Under the pieces are notes generated by a model. It searched no databases, was not told the DNA's origin, and saw only the letters and a list, made by a program, of their open reading frames with translations. A program made the position numbers and the translations under genes. From NCBI GenBank assembly GCA_963724825.1, contig CAVRWT010000020.1:45327-109326 (forward strand): a stretch of DNA of 64,000 nucleotides. The letters are read 5' to 3'. The DNA is from an uncultured Acidobacteriota bacterium (GTDB taxonomy: Bacteria; Actinomycetota; Acidimicrobiia; Spongiisociales; ZC4RG35). Shown piece after piece: positions 19,121 through 29,545 of the stretch; position 1 is the first letter of the stretch, and each line of letters starts with the position of its first letter.

Positions 19121-20140
19121 ATGTTCAGTCTGATCAACCCTGACGGGACGGTCCGCGATCGCCTTCCGGTGACCCTCGAGGAGATGCGCGCCCTCTATGC
19201 AGACATGGTCGAGGCACGCACCTACGACACGAAGTGCATGGCGATGCAGCGTCAGGGCCGTCTGGCCACCTACGCACCGTTTGAAGGCCAGGAGGCGGCG
19301 CAGATCGGGGCCGCTGCCGCCATCCGCTCCGACGATTGGGTGGCGGGGACCTATCGGGATGCCGCTCTCATGTGGCGGGCGGGCTATCCGTGGGAGCTGC
19401 TGATCGCGGGTCGAACCGGTGACGAGCGAGGTGGCAAGCCGCCGGAAGGGGTCAACATCCTGCCTCCGTCGATCACGGTGGGTGGTCACATGATCCACGC
19501 CGTGGGCTTGGCCTGGGCGGAGCGCCTGCAAGGGTCGGATCGGATCGCACTCACCTCGTTCGGTGACGGTGCCACTTCCGAAGGCGACTTTCACGAGGCG
19601 ATGAACTTTGCCGCGGTCTTCAAGACACCGACCGTTTTCTTCTGCCAGAACAACCAGTTTGCAATCTCCTACCCCAGGTCGGAGCAGACCAAGGCCACCT
19701 CGATCGCGGCGAAGGCCGATGGGTACGGGATGCCCGGGGTGGAGGTCGACGGCAACGATGTCGCCGCGGTCCTGGTCGCGGTGCGTGAGGCGGCCGAGTC
19801 GGCACGCAATGGTGACGGGCCCGCGCTCATCGAAGCGGTCACCTACCGCCTCGGGCCGCACACCACCTCGGACGACCCCGGCCGTTATCGGGACGAGGCC
19901 GAAGCCGACCAATGGCGTGAGCGCGACCCGCTGATCCGGATCCGGATCCTTCTCGACAAGGCCGGTGGCTGGACCCAGGAATGGCAGGACGAATTGGAAA
20001 CCCGTGCTTCGGCTGCCATCGAGGCGGCGGTCGAAAACGCGGAGGCGTTGCCCTTGCCCACCGTCGACGAGATGTTCGAGCGCATGTTCGCCGAGCCCAC
20101 CGGATCGCTGCGCCAGCAGCAGGACGAGGCCGGCTCATGA
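19121..20140 (+). CDS. 2-oxoacid (pyruvate/branched-chain) dehydrogenase E1 alpha subunit
   Basis: TPP-binding motif SFGDGATSEGDFHEAMNFA...FFCQNNQFAIS. Confidence 0.9.
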   Translation: MFSLINPDGTVRDRLPVTLEEMRALYADMVEARTYDTKCMAMQRQGRLATYAPFEGQEAAQIGAAAAIRSDDWVAGTYRDAALMWRAGYPWELLIAGRTGDERGGKPPEGVNILPPSITVGGHMIHAVGLAWAERLQGSDRIALTSFGDGATSEGDFHEAMNFAAVFKTPTVFFCQNNQFAISYPRSEQTKATSIAAKADGYGMPGVEVDGNDVAAVLVAVREAAESARNGDGPALIEAVTYRLGPHTTSDDPGRYRDEAEADQWRERDPLIRIRILLDKAGGWTQEWQDELETRASAAIEAAVENAEALPLPTVDEMFERMFAEPTGSLRQQQDEAGS

Positions 20141-21114
20141 GCGTGATGAATTTGGCGCAGTCGTTGAACAGCGCACTGGACACCGCTCTCGAGTCCGACG
20201 ATCGGGTCGTCCTGCTCGGAGAGGACATCGGACGCACCGGAGGCGTGTTCCGGATCACTGACGGGCTGCAAGAGAAGTACGGGGAGAATCGGGTCTTCGA
20301 CACCCCGGTTGCCGAATCCGGGATCGTGGGGGCGGCGTTCGGGATGGCCATCGCCGGCCTGCGCCCGGTCGCCGAGATCCAGTTCCTCGGATTCTCCTAT
20401 CCGGCCTACGACCAGGTGATCAACCATGTGGCCCGGATCCGAAATCGCTCCGCCCATCGGTTCACTGCGCCTCTCGTCATCCGGATTCCCTTCGGTGGGG
20501 GAATCGGCGCCGCCGAGCATCATTCGGAGTCCACCGAGGCCATCTACACCCACATCCCCGGGCTCAAGGTGGTGGTCCCCTCGACTCCGCATGACGCCAA
20601 GGGCCTGTTGCTGGCGGCAATCGAGGACCCGGACCCGGTGATCTTCCTGGAGCCGATTCGCCTCTATCGAGCGGTAAAGGACGAGATCCCCGACATCTAC
20701 TACACATCTGAGATCGGGCCGGCCCGCGTCGAGCGTGAGGGCAAGGACATCACCCTCATCTCCTGGGGGGCGATGATGAAGGAGACCCGGGCCGCGGCGA
20801 CCGCTCTCGGTGAGCATGGGGTGTCCGTAGAGGTCCTCGACCTCCGCACCTTGTCACCGCTCGACACTTCCACCATCGTGTCGTCGGCCGAGAAGACCGG
20901 CCGGGTCGTGGTGATCCACGAGGCGCCAAGAACCGGTGGGCTCGGTGGCGAGATCGCCGCGATCATCCAGGAGCAGGCTTTCTATTCGCTTCTGGCGCCG
21001 GTGCGCAGGGTCACCGGGTGGGACACCGTCTTTCCCTTGAAGCGCTCGGAGGGCCATTACCTTCCGAATATGGACAGGATCGTTCAGGCGGCCGAACAGA
21101 CCTTGGAGGATTAG
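20137..21114 (+). CDS. 2-oxoacid dehydrogenase E1 beta subunit
   Basis: VVLLGEDIGRTGGVFRIT and FDTPVAESGIVG motifs. ATG at 20137 overlaps the E1 alpha stop (ATGA). Confidence 0.9.
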   Translation: MSVMNLAQSLNSALDTALESDDRVVLLGEDIGRTGGVFRITDGLQEKYGENRVFDTPVAESGIVGAAFGMAIAGLRPVAEIQFLGFSYPAYDQVINHVARIRNRSAHRFTAPLVIRIPFGGGIGAAEHHSESTEAIYTHIPGLKVVVPSTPHDAKGLLLAAIEDPDPVIFLEPIRLYRAVKDEIPDIYYTSEIGPARVEREGKDITLISWGAMMKETRAAATALGEHGVSVEVLDLRTLSPLDTSTIVSSAEKTGRVVVIHEAPRTGGLGGEIAAIIQEQAFYSLLAPVRRVTGWDTVFPLKRSEGHYLPNMDRIVQAAEQTLED

Positions 21115-22564
21115 TGGCGAAGGAATTCAGGCTTCCCGACATCGGGGAAGGGCTAACCGAAGCGGAGATCGTCCGCTGGCTGGTGGCTGAGGGGGAGCGG
21201 GTGGAAGCCGACCAACCGGTTGTCGAGGTGGAGACCGACAAGGCGGTGGTCGAGATCCCCTCGCCGTATGCCGGGATCGTGCTCCAGCATGGTGGCGCGG
21301 AAGGGGAGACCATCGCGGTGGGCTCGGTTCTGGTCGTGATCAGCGAGCCAGGAGAGAGCTCGGCGCCGGCCGACATCCTGGCCCCCGTCGAACAGCCGCC
21401 CGTCGTATCGGCCGCCCCCATTGTGGGAACCCTCAGCGAAGACGCCGAGGATCTCAGTGCACCTCCAGCAGACACTCCGGAGACCGATCCGGTGAAGGCT
21501 CTTCCCATCGTGCGCAAGATGGCTCGGGACCTGGGTGTCGATTTGTCCGAGATCGCCGGCTCGGGGCCGGGGGGCAGGATCACCCGTGAGGACGTGACCG
21601 CCGCGGCGGGCCCCGGTGGCGAGTCGAACCCGAGCCGGAGCCTCGAAGCCCGAGCCAATCCACCGGAGCCCGAGCCGGAACCTGAGCCGGAGCCCGAACC
21701 CGAGCCTGTTTCCTCCCCCAGGAGCGAAGCGAGCCTGTCTCCTCCCCCAGGAGCGAAGCGACGTTGGGGGAGGTGGATCGGCCGCAGGCCGAGACGGAGG
21801 GGGCCGTTTCTCCCCCCAGTGAGCGAAGCGAGCGTTGGGGGGAGTACCCCGAAGGGGGGAGGGGGGCTACTCCGACGTCAACCGAGGACGTCCGTCGTCC
21901 CCTGTCCCGTCTCCGCAAGACGATCGCGGCCAACATGTCCCGGAGTTGGGCGGAGATCCCCCACGTCACCACCTTCGACGACATCGACGCCACCCGGCTC
22001 CTCGAGATCCGGTCGGCGTTGAGCGCCCGTCACGACGTGAAGGTCCCCCTCGAGGCGCTGGTGGTCAAGGCGGTGATTCCCGCCCTCGAAGCCTTCCCCG
22101 AGTTCAACTCCACACTGGATGGCGAAGACCTGATCCTCCATGGCTCGCACCACGTCGGGATCGCGGTCGACACCCCCGATGGCTTGCTGGTGGCAGTGAT
22201 TCGGGATGCCGGGTCGAGAGGTGTGCTCGAGCTCGCATCTGAGGTGCGACGACTCGGCGAGGGTGCCAAGGCGAGATCGCTCTCACCGGATGAGCTGACC
22301 GGGCAGACCTTCACCGTTTCCAACATCGGCGCCCTGGGCGGCGGGCACGGCACACCGATCGTGCCGCCCGGCACCACCGCCATACTCTCGGTGGGGAGGG
22401 CTCAGGAGAAGGCAATCGTCATCGATGGGGAGCTGGCGATTGCCCCGGTGATGCCTCTGTCGCTGTCATACGATCATCGTGTCATCGATGGTGGATTGGG
22501 AAGGAGATTCATGGCAATGCTGCGTGAGAACCTCGAAGAGCCGGCGCTCTTCCTGGCAGGTTGA
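21114..22564 (+). pseudogene. dihydrolipoamide acyltransferase E2, reading frame interrupted inside a repeat cluster in the linker
   Basis: The lipoyl domain (VETDKAVVEIPSP) and the PSBD (ALPIVRKMARDLGVDLSEIAGSGPGGRITREDV) are in frame 0. The catalytic domain (RLRKTIAANM...SYDHRVIDG) is in frame 2. The switch lies between 21705 and 21870. Confidence 0.8.
21705..21867 (+). repeat. cluster of GC-rich hairpin repeat units: two 29-nt tandem half units, one hairpin-1 unit, one full 61-nt unit
   Basis: 21705-21733 and 21734-21762 are 27/29 identical (CCTGTyTCCTCCCCCAGGAGCGAAGCGAs). 21807-21867 matches the 34399-34457 unit. Confidence 0.8.
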
Positions 22565-22567
22565 GTC

Positions 22568-23137
22568 ATGGCATACGTCGAGGTAACGCCCTATGACGAG
22601 GCAACGGGTGTCGCCAAAGAGGAGTACGACGCCGCGATCGGGCGCGCCGGGCGCATCTGGAACATCGTTTCGGTCCAGAGTCAGCTGCCGGCGGTCCTCC
22701 GAGAGTCGATGCGCCTCTATCGGGAGGTCATGTTCGGCCCATCGCCCTTGAGCCGGGCTCAGCGAGAGTTGCTGGCGGCGGTGACTTCCAGCGCCAATTC
22801 CACTCGTTACTGCACCATCGCCCACTGGCACGACTATCGGGATGAGGTCGAAGATCAGCTGCTGGTGGACCAGATCATGGAGGACTGGAAGTCGGCCGAC
22901 ATGGACGAGGCAGACCGGGCGTTGGTCGCATTTGCCGAGAAGCTCACCTGGGCCAACTCCACGGTGGGACCGGCCGAGATCGAGACCCTGCGCTCGCATG
23001 GATTCGACGATGTCGCCATCTCCAGCGCCGTGCAGGTGGTCGCCTACTTCAACTACATCAACCGGGTGGCGGACGGGTTGGGTGTCGACCTCGAGGACTG
23101 GATCGCCACCGATGGACGGGAAGCAGCCGTTGGCTGA
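22568..23137 (+). CDS. carboxymuconolactone decarboxylase (AhpD-like) family / peroxidase-related protein
   Basis: Two CMD-like halves, SANSTRYCTIAHWH and AVQVVAYFNYINRVADGLGV, typical of the peroxidase-related CMD family. Confidence 0.7.
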   Translation: MAYVEVTPYDEATGVAKEEYDAAIGRAGRIWNIVSVQSQLPAVLRESMRLYREVMFGPSPLSRAQRELLAAVTSSANSTRYCTIAHWHDYRDEVEDQLLVDQIMEDWKSADMDEADRALVAFAEKLTWANSTVGPAEIETLRSHGFDDVAISSAVQVVAYFNYINRVADGLGVDLEDWIATDGREAAVG

Positions 23138-24608
23138 CGAAGCCAAGGTGGAGGGCTCGGCGGAGAAGGCGCCGGTTCCGGAGGTCGAGGAGAAGTCGGT
23201 CTCCAAGCAGTACCGGGGGACGTTCGGCGGGCGTGAGGTGGCCTACACCGCAACCGCCGCCACCATCGGGGTCGGCACCGCCGACGACCGACGGGCCGCT
23301 TTCTTCTCGGTGTCCTACATCGAAGACGGCGCGGATCCCGCGGTGCGCCCGATCGTGTTCGCCTTCAACGGCGGGCCGGGATCGTCGACGGTGTGGCTCC
23401 ATCTCGGGCTCTTCGGTCCCAAGCGGGTGGAGCTAGATGAAGATGGCTTCTCGGTCCGGGTCCCGGGTCGACTGATCGAGAACGAATACTCGATCCTCGA
23501 CGTGGCCGACGTGGTCCTCGTCGACGCCATCGGAACCGGGTTCAGCACGGCGGAGCCCAAGGAGAAGGAGAAGGACTACCACCATTTCGCCCGGGACATC
23601 GAGGCGTTCACCGAGTTCATCGTCGCCTATCTCAACCGCAACGGGCGGTGGGCCTCGCCCAAGTACCTGGCGGGGGAGAGCTATGGCACCACCCGGGGGG
23701 CGGCCATCGCCAAGGAGCTGTTCAGCACCCAGGGTGTGGAGCTGAATGGGATCATCCTCATCTCGGTGGCGCTGAGCTTTCAGACGATTGCCTCCGAGGA
23801 GGGCACCCGGGTTTTCCATCCCGGGAACGAGCTTCCCTTCCCCCTCCACCTCCCCACCTATGCCGCGACCGCGTGGTACCACGGCCGACTCTCCGAAGGC
23901 CATCAGAATCAGCCACTCCGCGAGTTTCTCGACGAAGTGGAGGAGTTTGCCCTGGGCCGCTATTGGACGGCCCTTGCCCACGGGGACCAACTCGACTCGA
24001 AGGAGCGGGCTGAAGTTCTCGCCAAGCTCAGCGAGTACACCGGGTTGTCCGAGACCTACCTCGAGCGCTACGACCTGCGGATCCACATCAATCGCTTCTG
24101 CAAGGAGTTGTTGCGGGATCGGCGCCGAACCGTGGGGCGTCTCGACTCCCGCTACACGGGGATCGACCGCTTCGCCGACGGGGACAACCTCGAAAACGAC
24201 CCGAGTGGTGACCAGATGATGGGCTTGTTCACCTCGACCCTCAATCACTACCTGCGATCAGAGCTCGGCTACGACAATGACTCCTTCTACAAGTCGCTGT
24301 CGATGAAGGTCCACGAGGCCTGGGACTACGAGGACTTCAAGGGCCACTACGTCAACACCGCGGACCAGTTGCGGGAGGTGATGGTCCGCTCCCCGAAGAC
24401 GCTGGTCTTCGTCGCCAACGGCTACTACGACCTGGCCACCCCCCACTTCGCAACCGAGTACACGTTCAACCACATGGGGCTCGACGAGTCGGTGCGCAAG
24501 AACGTCCGGATGGAGTACTACGACGCCGGTCACATGATGTATGTGCACAAGCCTTCGCTGGAGCGTCTTGCTAGCGATCTCCGCGAGTTCGTCAACGACA
24601 CCCGTTAG
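23112..24608 (+). CDS. S10-like serine carboxypeptidase family protein
   Basis: FNGGPGSSTVWLHLG and the catalytic-serine context GESYGT, with a C-terminal YDAGHMMY. ATG at 23112. Confidence 0.75.
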   Translation: MDGKQPLADEAKVEGSAEKAPVPEVEEKSVSKQYRGTFGGREVAYTATAATIGVGTADDRRAAFFSVSYIEDGADPAVRPIVFAFNGGPGSSTVWLHLGLFGPKRVELDEDGFSVRVPGRLIENEYSILDVADVVLVDAIGTGFSTAEPKEKEKDYHHFARDIEAFTEFIVAYLNRNGRWASPKYLAGESYGTTRGAAIAKELFSTQGVELNGIILISVALSFQTIASEEGTRVFHPGNELPFPLHLPTYAATAWYHGRLSEGHQNQPLREFLDEVEEFALGRYWTALAHGDQLDSKERAEVLAKLSEYTGLSETYLERYDLRIHINRFCKELLRDRRRTVGRLDSRYTGIDRFADGDNLENDPSGDQMMGLFTSTLNHYLRSELGYDNDSFYKSLSMKVHEAWDYEDFKGHYVNTADQLREVMVRSPKTLVFVANGYYDLATPHFATEYTFNHMGLDESVRKNVRMEYYDAGHMMYVHKPSLERLASDLREFVNDTR

Positions 24609-24627
24609 GGGTCAGTCGGTCGCGGAA

Positions 24628-26085
24628 TCAATCGTCAGAGTGGGCCTCGACCAGGTCGAGCACCTCGGGCATGTCCAACTCCGGATAGGGATCGGGGGCG
24701 AGAAGCCCGAGGATCCGGTGCTGGGAGCGGGCGGAGACGATCACCTTGTTCGACCACTTCTCGCTGAGCTCGACCGAGGGCATCCGGCAACACGAAGGGT
24801 CGGGGCAGGTCGAAGTCTCGCGGTTGGTCGTCTCCCGCCCCCGGAACCAGTGGGCATCGGCAAACCTGACGCCGAGGGTCACCGCCAGAGATGGATCCCG
24901 CCCCGCCTCGACGTGGGTGGTGCAGAAGTAGGTCCCCTCTGGGGTGTCGGTGTACTGGTGATGGGTGCCGAAGCGCTCGTGTGACTCGAAGGTCACCCGA
25001 GTGCCCCACCGGCGGCAGAGACGCTGGGTCTCGATCCCGCCGTAGTCGTCTCGCGGCACGGGGACTCCGTCGTTGGAGTACCCCTTGATCACGCTCCCCA
25101 TCTGATCATTGACGATGAGATGGGTGGGGAAGCCCAGATGGCGGGTGGCGAGATTTGCCATTCTCCAAGCGGCCATCTCGTAGGAGACATAGAAGAGCTC
25201 TTTGACGTCTTCGACATCGAGGTCGTGACGCTCCTTGGCCTCGATCAGCCGGGAGACCACCGCTCCTTCGGGAGCCAGCACCGCGGCCGCGAAGTAGGCG
25301 GTCTCGACGCGCTGGCGGAGAAAGGTGTCGAGATCGGGGTCGGTCTCGTGCCCGAGCAGGAACCCGGCCAGGGTCTGGAGCACTGCCTTGCGAGCCTGGC
25401 GGGTGCGCAGCTCGTCTCGCTGCGCGATGTAGACGCGTCGATGGTCGAGGTCGATGACCGATCGCGCAAAGACCGGCATGTCGTCGATCGAGTGGATCTC
25501 GAATCCCGCGCGCTTGGCCAGATCCAGGAGATTGCGCGACGAAAACGGGCCCTCGCCCGAGTAACCGCTGGTCTCCAAGGCCTCACCGGCGACTTGTTCC
25601 ACTCCCTCGAGATATCCGTCTTCCTCGGTCAGCCATCGCTGAACCTCGCCATTGGCGCGGCGGACGTCTTCAGATCCAGCGGTGCCCAACCCGGAGCGTT
25701 GACGAAGGGCTTCGTGGAGACCCACCAGATGGGTCAGTGTCTCGGTGTCCATCCTCGAGCTGGGTCGCACAGGTGGAAGGTCGAGGGCATCGAAGAGGGC
25801 CGACTCCTGGGACTTGAGGAGGGCGATCTCGAGTGCATCGCGGTGGTTGGGGGGCGTCGGGTCGAGAAGATCGGCAACATCGACTTCGAGGGCGGTCGCC
25901 AGATCGAGTACCAGATTGACCCGCGGTTGCTTCTTGCCGTTTTCGAGCAGGGAGAGGTACGGCGCCGGCTTGCCGACTGCCGCCCCCAACTGGTCGAGGG
26001 TCATCCCTCGCAGCTTCCTGTGATGGCGAAGCCGTCGTCCCAGGACCAGGGGGTCGAGTGGCTGGGTATCGCTCATGTTGTCCAA
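24628..26085 (-). CDS. XRE-family HTH regulator with ImmA/IrrE-like and ScfR C-terminal domains (RamB/PrpR-like)
   Basis: N-terminal HTH LGRRLRHHRKLRGMTLDQLGAAVG...YLSLLENG and a long Cys-containing C-terminal domain. Divergent to aceB-aceA, as for RamB in Corynebacterium and Mycobacterium. Confidence 0.75.
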   Translation of the reverse strand: MDNMSDTQPLDPLVLGRRLRHHRKLRGMTLDQLGAAVGKPAPYLSLLENGKKQPRVNLVLDLATALEVDVADLLDPTPPNHRDALEIALLKSQESALFDALDLPPVRPSSRMDTETLTHLVGLHEALRQRSGLGTAGSEDVRRANGEVQRWLTEEDGYLEGVEQVAGEALETSGYSGEGPFSSRNLLDLAKRAGFEIHSIDDMPVFARSVIDLDHRRVYIAQRDELRTRQARKAVLQTLAGFLLGHETDPDLDTFLRQRVETAYFAAAVLAPEGAVVSRLIEAKERHDLDVEDVKELFYVSYEMAAWRMANLATRHLGFPTHLIVNDQMGSVIKGYSNDGVPVPRDDYGGIETQRLCRRWGTRVTFESHERFGTHHQYTDTPEGTYFCTTHVEAGRDPSLAVTLGVRFADAHWFRGRETTNRETSTCPDPSCCRMPSVELSEKWSNKVIVSARSQHRILGLLAPDPYPELDMPEVLDLVEAHSDD

Positions 26086-26158
26086 CTCCGAAAGATCGAC
26101 AGTTCTTATGCCTGACTAAGGTTCAATTCTAGTCCCAAACGAAAGACACTCCACTCTT

Positions 26159-27715
26159 ATGACGGAAACCACTAAGGAACGGCTGGAGCAGATGCTGCTG
26201 ACCACCGACGCCGTCGACTTCCTCAACGACTTGGAACGGGCGTTCCGCGGGCGGCGGGCCCAGATCCTCGATGCCCGCGCCGGCGTCCAGGAGGGGCTCG
26301 ATCGGGGGCTCCGCCCCCACTTCCTCGACTCGACGAGGGCCATCCGGGAGTCGGACTGGGTGATTGCCCCGGTCCCGAGCGAGCTTCAGGATCGCCGTGT
26401 CGAGATCACCGGGCCGGTTGACGCCCGGATGATGATCAACGCCCTCAACTCCGGTGCCCGGGTGTTCATGGCCGACTTCGAAGACGCCACCACGCCCACC
26501 TGGCTCAATCTTCTCGAGGGTCAGGCCAACCTCGTCGACGCCTACCGCCGGACACTGCACCATGAGACCGAGGAGAAGGCGTATGCCCTCACCGACCAGG
26601 TCGCCGTCCTCTTCGTGCGCCCCCGGGGATGGCACCTCGCTGAGAAGCACTTCCTGGTCGACGGACGGGCCATGTCGGCTTCGCTCTTCGACTTCGGCCT
26701 CTATCTGTTCCATGGGGGGCGGGCTGCCATCGAGGCCGGAACCGGCCCCTATCTGTATCTGCCCAAGCTGGAGTCCCATATGGAGGCCCGGCTCTGGAAC
26801 GATGTGCTCGTCTGGGCCCAGGAGCGTCTGGACATCCCTCAGGGCACCATCCGGGTCACGGTTCTGATCGAAACCATCCTCGCCGCATTCGAGATGGACG
26901 AGATCCTCTATGAGCTGCGAGAACACATCACCGGGCTCAACGCCGGGCGCTGGGATTACATCTTCTCGATGATCAAGAAGTTCCGGGACGACCCGACATT
27001 CGTCCTTCCCGATCGCTCCCAGGTCACGATGACCGTGCCCTTCATGCATGCCTACACCGAGTTGATGATCAAGACCTGTCATCGCCGGGGAGCGCACGCT
27101 ATTGGCGGCATGGCCGCCTTCATCCCCAATCGCAGGGACTCGGAGGTGACGGAGACAGCCATCGCCAGAGTGACCGCCGACAAGGCCCGCGAAGCGGCTG
27201 CCGGTTGTGACGGCACCTGGGTCGCCCATCCCGACCTGGTCCCGGTGGCGATGCAGGAGTTCGACTCCGTGCTCGAGGAACGCCCCAACCAGGTGGATCG
27301 GCTCCGCGACGACGTCACCGTCTCCGCCGCCGACCTGCTCGACCTGGACTTTCCGGGCGGCGTCACGGACGAAGGGGTGCGGGCCAACGTCTCGGTCGGC
27401 ATCCGCTATCTGGCCTCCTGGCTCGCCGGCACTGGTGCGGCCGGCATCGACAACCTGATGGAGGACGTGGCCACCGCCGAGATCTCACGCTCCCAGGTCT
27501 GGCAGTGGATCAGACACCGGGTTCACACCGACGGGGGGACTCCGGTAACCGGGGCCCTGGTGCAGTCGATCGCCGATGAGGTGGAAACCCTCCTCCAGAG
27601 CGAGGGCCGATTCGCAGACACCGCACGTTTGGCCCGTCAGATATTCGAAGAGGTAGCGGCAGGGGAGGAATTCGTCGAGTTCCTGACCCTCCCCGCATAC
27701 GAGCACATCGATTAG
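26159..27715 (+). CDS. aceB: malate synthase A
   Basis: 518 aa. [31 protein letters not shown] and [10 protein letters not shown] motifs of type A malate synthase. Confidence 0.9.
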   Translation: MTETTKERLEQMLLTTDAVDFLNDLERAFRGRRAQILDARAGVQEGLDRGLRPHFLDSTRAIRESDWVIAPVPSELQDRRVEITGPVDARMMINALNSGARVFMADFEDATTPTWLNLLEGQANLVDAYRRTLHHETEEKAYALTDQVAVLFVRPRGWHLAEKHFLVDGRAMSASLFDFGLYLFHGGRAAIEAGTGPYLYLPKLESHMEARLWNDVLVWAQERLDIPQGTIRVTVLIETILAAFEMDEILYELREHITGLNAGRWDYIFSMIKKFRDDPTFVLPDRSQVTMTVPFMHAYTELMIKTCHRRGAHAIGGMAAFIPNRRDSEVTETAIARVTADKAREAAAGCDGTWVAHPDLVPVAMQEFDSVLEERPNQVDRLRDDVTVSAADLLDLDFPGGVTDEGVRANVSVGIRYLASWLAGTGAAGIDNLMEDVATAEISRSQVWQWIRHRVHTDGGTPVTGALVQSIADEVETLLQSEGRFADTARLARQIFEEVAAGEEFVEFLTLPAYEHID

Positions 27716-27723
27716 GAGAGCAC

Positions 27724-29028
27724 ATGACCACCTACACCAATGAGGCCAATCGCCTTGCCGACGATTGGAGGAACAATCCACGCTGGGACGGGATACTCCG
27801 GGACTACACCGCCGAGGAGGTGGTGAGGTTGAGGGGGAGCATTCGCGAGCAGCACACACTCGCCCATCGGATGTCGCAGCATCTATGGGACCTGCTCACG
27901 ACCGAGGATTACGTGAGCGCCCTGGGGGCAATCAGCGGCGGCCAGGCGACTCAGATGGTGAAGGCGGGCCTCAAGGCGATCTATCTCTCCGGCTGGCAGG
28001 TGGCCGGTGACGGGAACCTCGCCGGCGAGGTCTACCCGGACCAATCGCTATACCCGGCCAACTCCGCACCCGCATTGGTGAAGCGGATCAACAACGCCTT
28101 GCGGCGCGCCGACCAGATCCATTGGTCGGAGGGTGACGACGAGATCGACTGGTTCGTGCCGATCGTGGCCGATGGTGAAGCCGGATTTGGCGGGCCGCTG
28201 AACGTCTTCGAGTTGACCAAGAGCTTCATCGAGGCGGGTGCCGCTGGAGTCCACTTCGAAGACCAGCTGGCATCAGAGAAGAAGTGCGGGCACATGGGGG
28301 GCAAGGTGCTGGTGCCGACCAGTCAGCACATCCGGACTCTGCAGGCCGCACGGCTTGCGGCCGACGTCCTCGACGTGCCGATCGTCATCGTGGCCCGGAC
28401 CGACGCCAACTCGGCGACCCTCATCACCTCAGACATCGACGAGCGGGACAGGCGGTTCCTGACTGGGGAGCGGACACCGGAGGGCTTCTACCGGGTCGAG
28501 GACGGTCTGGATTCGGCGATCGCCCGCGGCCTCGCCTACGCCCCATACTCCGACCTCATCTGGTGTGAGACCGCCCACCCCGACCTGGAGGAGGCGCGGA
28601 CCTTCGCGGACGCGATCCATGATGAGTTCCCCGGGAAGATGCTGGCCTACAACTGCTCGCCGTCTTTCAACTGGGCGAGTCATCTCGATGAAGGCACGAT
28701 CGCCAGATTCCAGAAGGAACTGGGGACGATGGGTTATCGCTATCAGTTCATCACCCTCGCCGGGTTCCACGCCCTCAACGCCTCGATGTTCGAGCTGGCT
28801 CGGGGGTACGAGGAGACCGGGATGACCGCCTATGTCGACCTCCAGAACCGGGAGTTCGAGATGGAGGAGGACGGATATACGGCGACCAAGCACCAACGCG
28901 AGGTCGGCGCCGGCTACTTCGACCTCGTCACCCAGGCGGTGGCCGGTGGCAGGGCCTCGACGATGGCGATGGCGGGCTCAACCGAAGAGGAGCAGTTCCA
29001 GGTCAGTCACCAGATCGCGGCCGGGTAA
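27724..29028 (+). CDS. aceA: isocitrate lyase
   Basis: KKCGHMGGK catalytic loop and SGWQVAGD motif. 434 aa. Confidence 0.95.
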   Translation: MTTYTNEANRLADDWRNNPRWDGILRDYTAEEVVRLRGSIREQHTLAHRMSQHLWDLLTTEDYVSALGAISGGQATQMVKAGLKAIYLSGWQVAGDGNLAGEVYPDQSLYPANSAPALVKRINNALRRADQIHWSEGDDEIDWFVPIVADGEAGFGGPLNVFELTKSFIEAGAAGVHFEDQLASEKKCGHMGGKVLVPTSQHIRTLQAARLAADVLDVPIVIVARTDANSATLITSDIDERDRRFLTGERTPEGFYRVEDGLDSAIARGLAYAPYSDLIWCETAHPDLEEARTFADAIHDEFPGKMLAYNCSPSFNWASHLDEGTIARFQKELGTMGYRYQFITLAGFHALNASMFELARGYEETGMTAYVDLQNREFEMEEDGYTATKHQREVGAGYFDLVTQAVAGGRASTMAMAGSTEEEQFQVSHQIAAG

Positions 29029-29384
29029 TGATCCCGGATCTTGCGATCCTTGGTCACCAGACCTGCCCCAACGAGTGAGGCGTGGCCGACGAGGAGCCGG
29101 TCGAAGGGGTCTCGGGTCCAGGTCGCACCGACGGCGTTGGCCACCACCCGCGCCAGCGGTTGATCGTCGACCTCGAAGCCGGCGCCGGCCGTCAGCGCCT
29201 GAATGACGAAGGCAGCTTCGCCGGAGAGGCGCTCCGCTTCGACGAGATAGGCAACCTCGAGCAACGTGATTGGCGAGAGGGCGACCGTGCTCGCATCTTC
29301 GATTGCACTCAGAGCGCTTTCCGAGAGCCGCGAGATCTCCCCGGCTGCGATCCACACCGCCACATGGGTGTCGAGCAGGATCAT
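29007..29384 (-). CDS. vapC: PIN-domain toxin (VapC family)
   Basis: MILLDTHV...[11 protein letters not shown]...[11 protein letters not shown]...LVTKDRKI conserved acidic PIN residues. The 3' end overlaps the aceA 3' end by 22 nt. Confidence 0.8.
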   Translation of the reverse strand: MILLDTHVAVWIAAGEISRLSESALSAIEDASTVALSPITLLEVAYLVEAERLSGEAAFVIQALTAGAGFEVDDQPLARVVANAVGATWTRDPFDRLLVGHASLVGAGLVTKDRKIRDHYPAAIW

Positions 29385-29545
29385 GGCTCCCAAAGACCTG
29401 ACCAATCGATATCGACCAAATCCTCCGGATCACCGATGATCAGTTCCGGGCGGGCCGGCAGATTCTGTAGACGCGCCAGACGATCGGGGCTCTCATCGAC
29501 GGCAACGATCCGGAGCAGAACTACCTGGTCAAGCCAATCGACCAC
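29381..29545 (-). CDS. possible short or truncated antitoxin
   Basis: GTG at 29545; 54 aa ending ...[23 protein letters not shown]. Its stop overlaps the vapC ATG (ATGA). It has no obvious DNA-binding N-terminus, and it is antisense to the remnant permease reading frame. Confidence 0.35.
   Translation of the reverse strand: MVDWLDQVVLLRIVAVDESPDRLARLQNLPARPELIIGDPEDLVDIDWSGLWEP

Noticed and set aside
21657-21704. (CCGGAGCCCGAG)n microsatellite-like tract
   Set aside because: It encodes a (PE)n flexible linker between the PSBD and the core, which is normal for E2 proteins. It is distinct from the hairpin repeat that follows it.
21764-22564. Stand-alone catalytic-domain E2 gene starting at TTG 21764
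   Set aside because: The TTG lies inside the repeat hairpin arm with no Shine-Dalgarno sequence. The frame upstream remains open and, once one 29-nt copy is removed, it continues the N-terminal domains. A disrupted single gene is the simpler reading.
26129-27229. 366-aa ORF on the - strand
   Set aside because: It is antisense to malate synthase A and is a shadow ORF.
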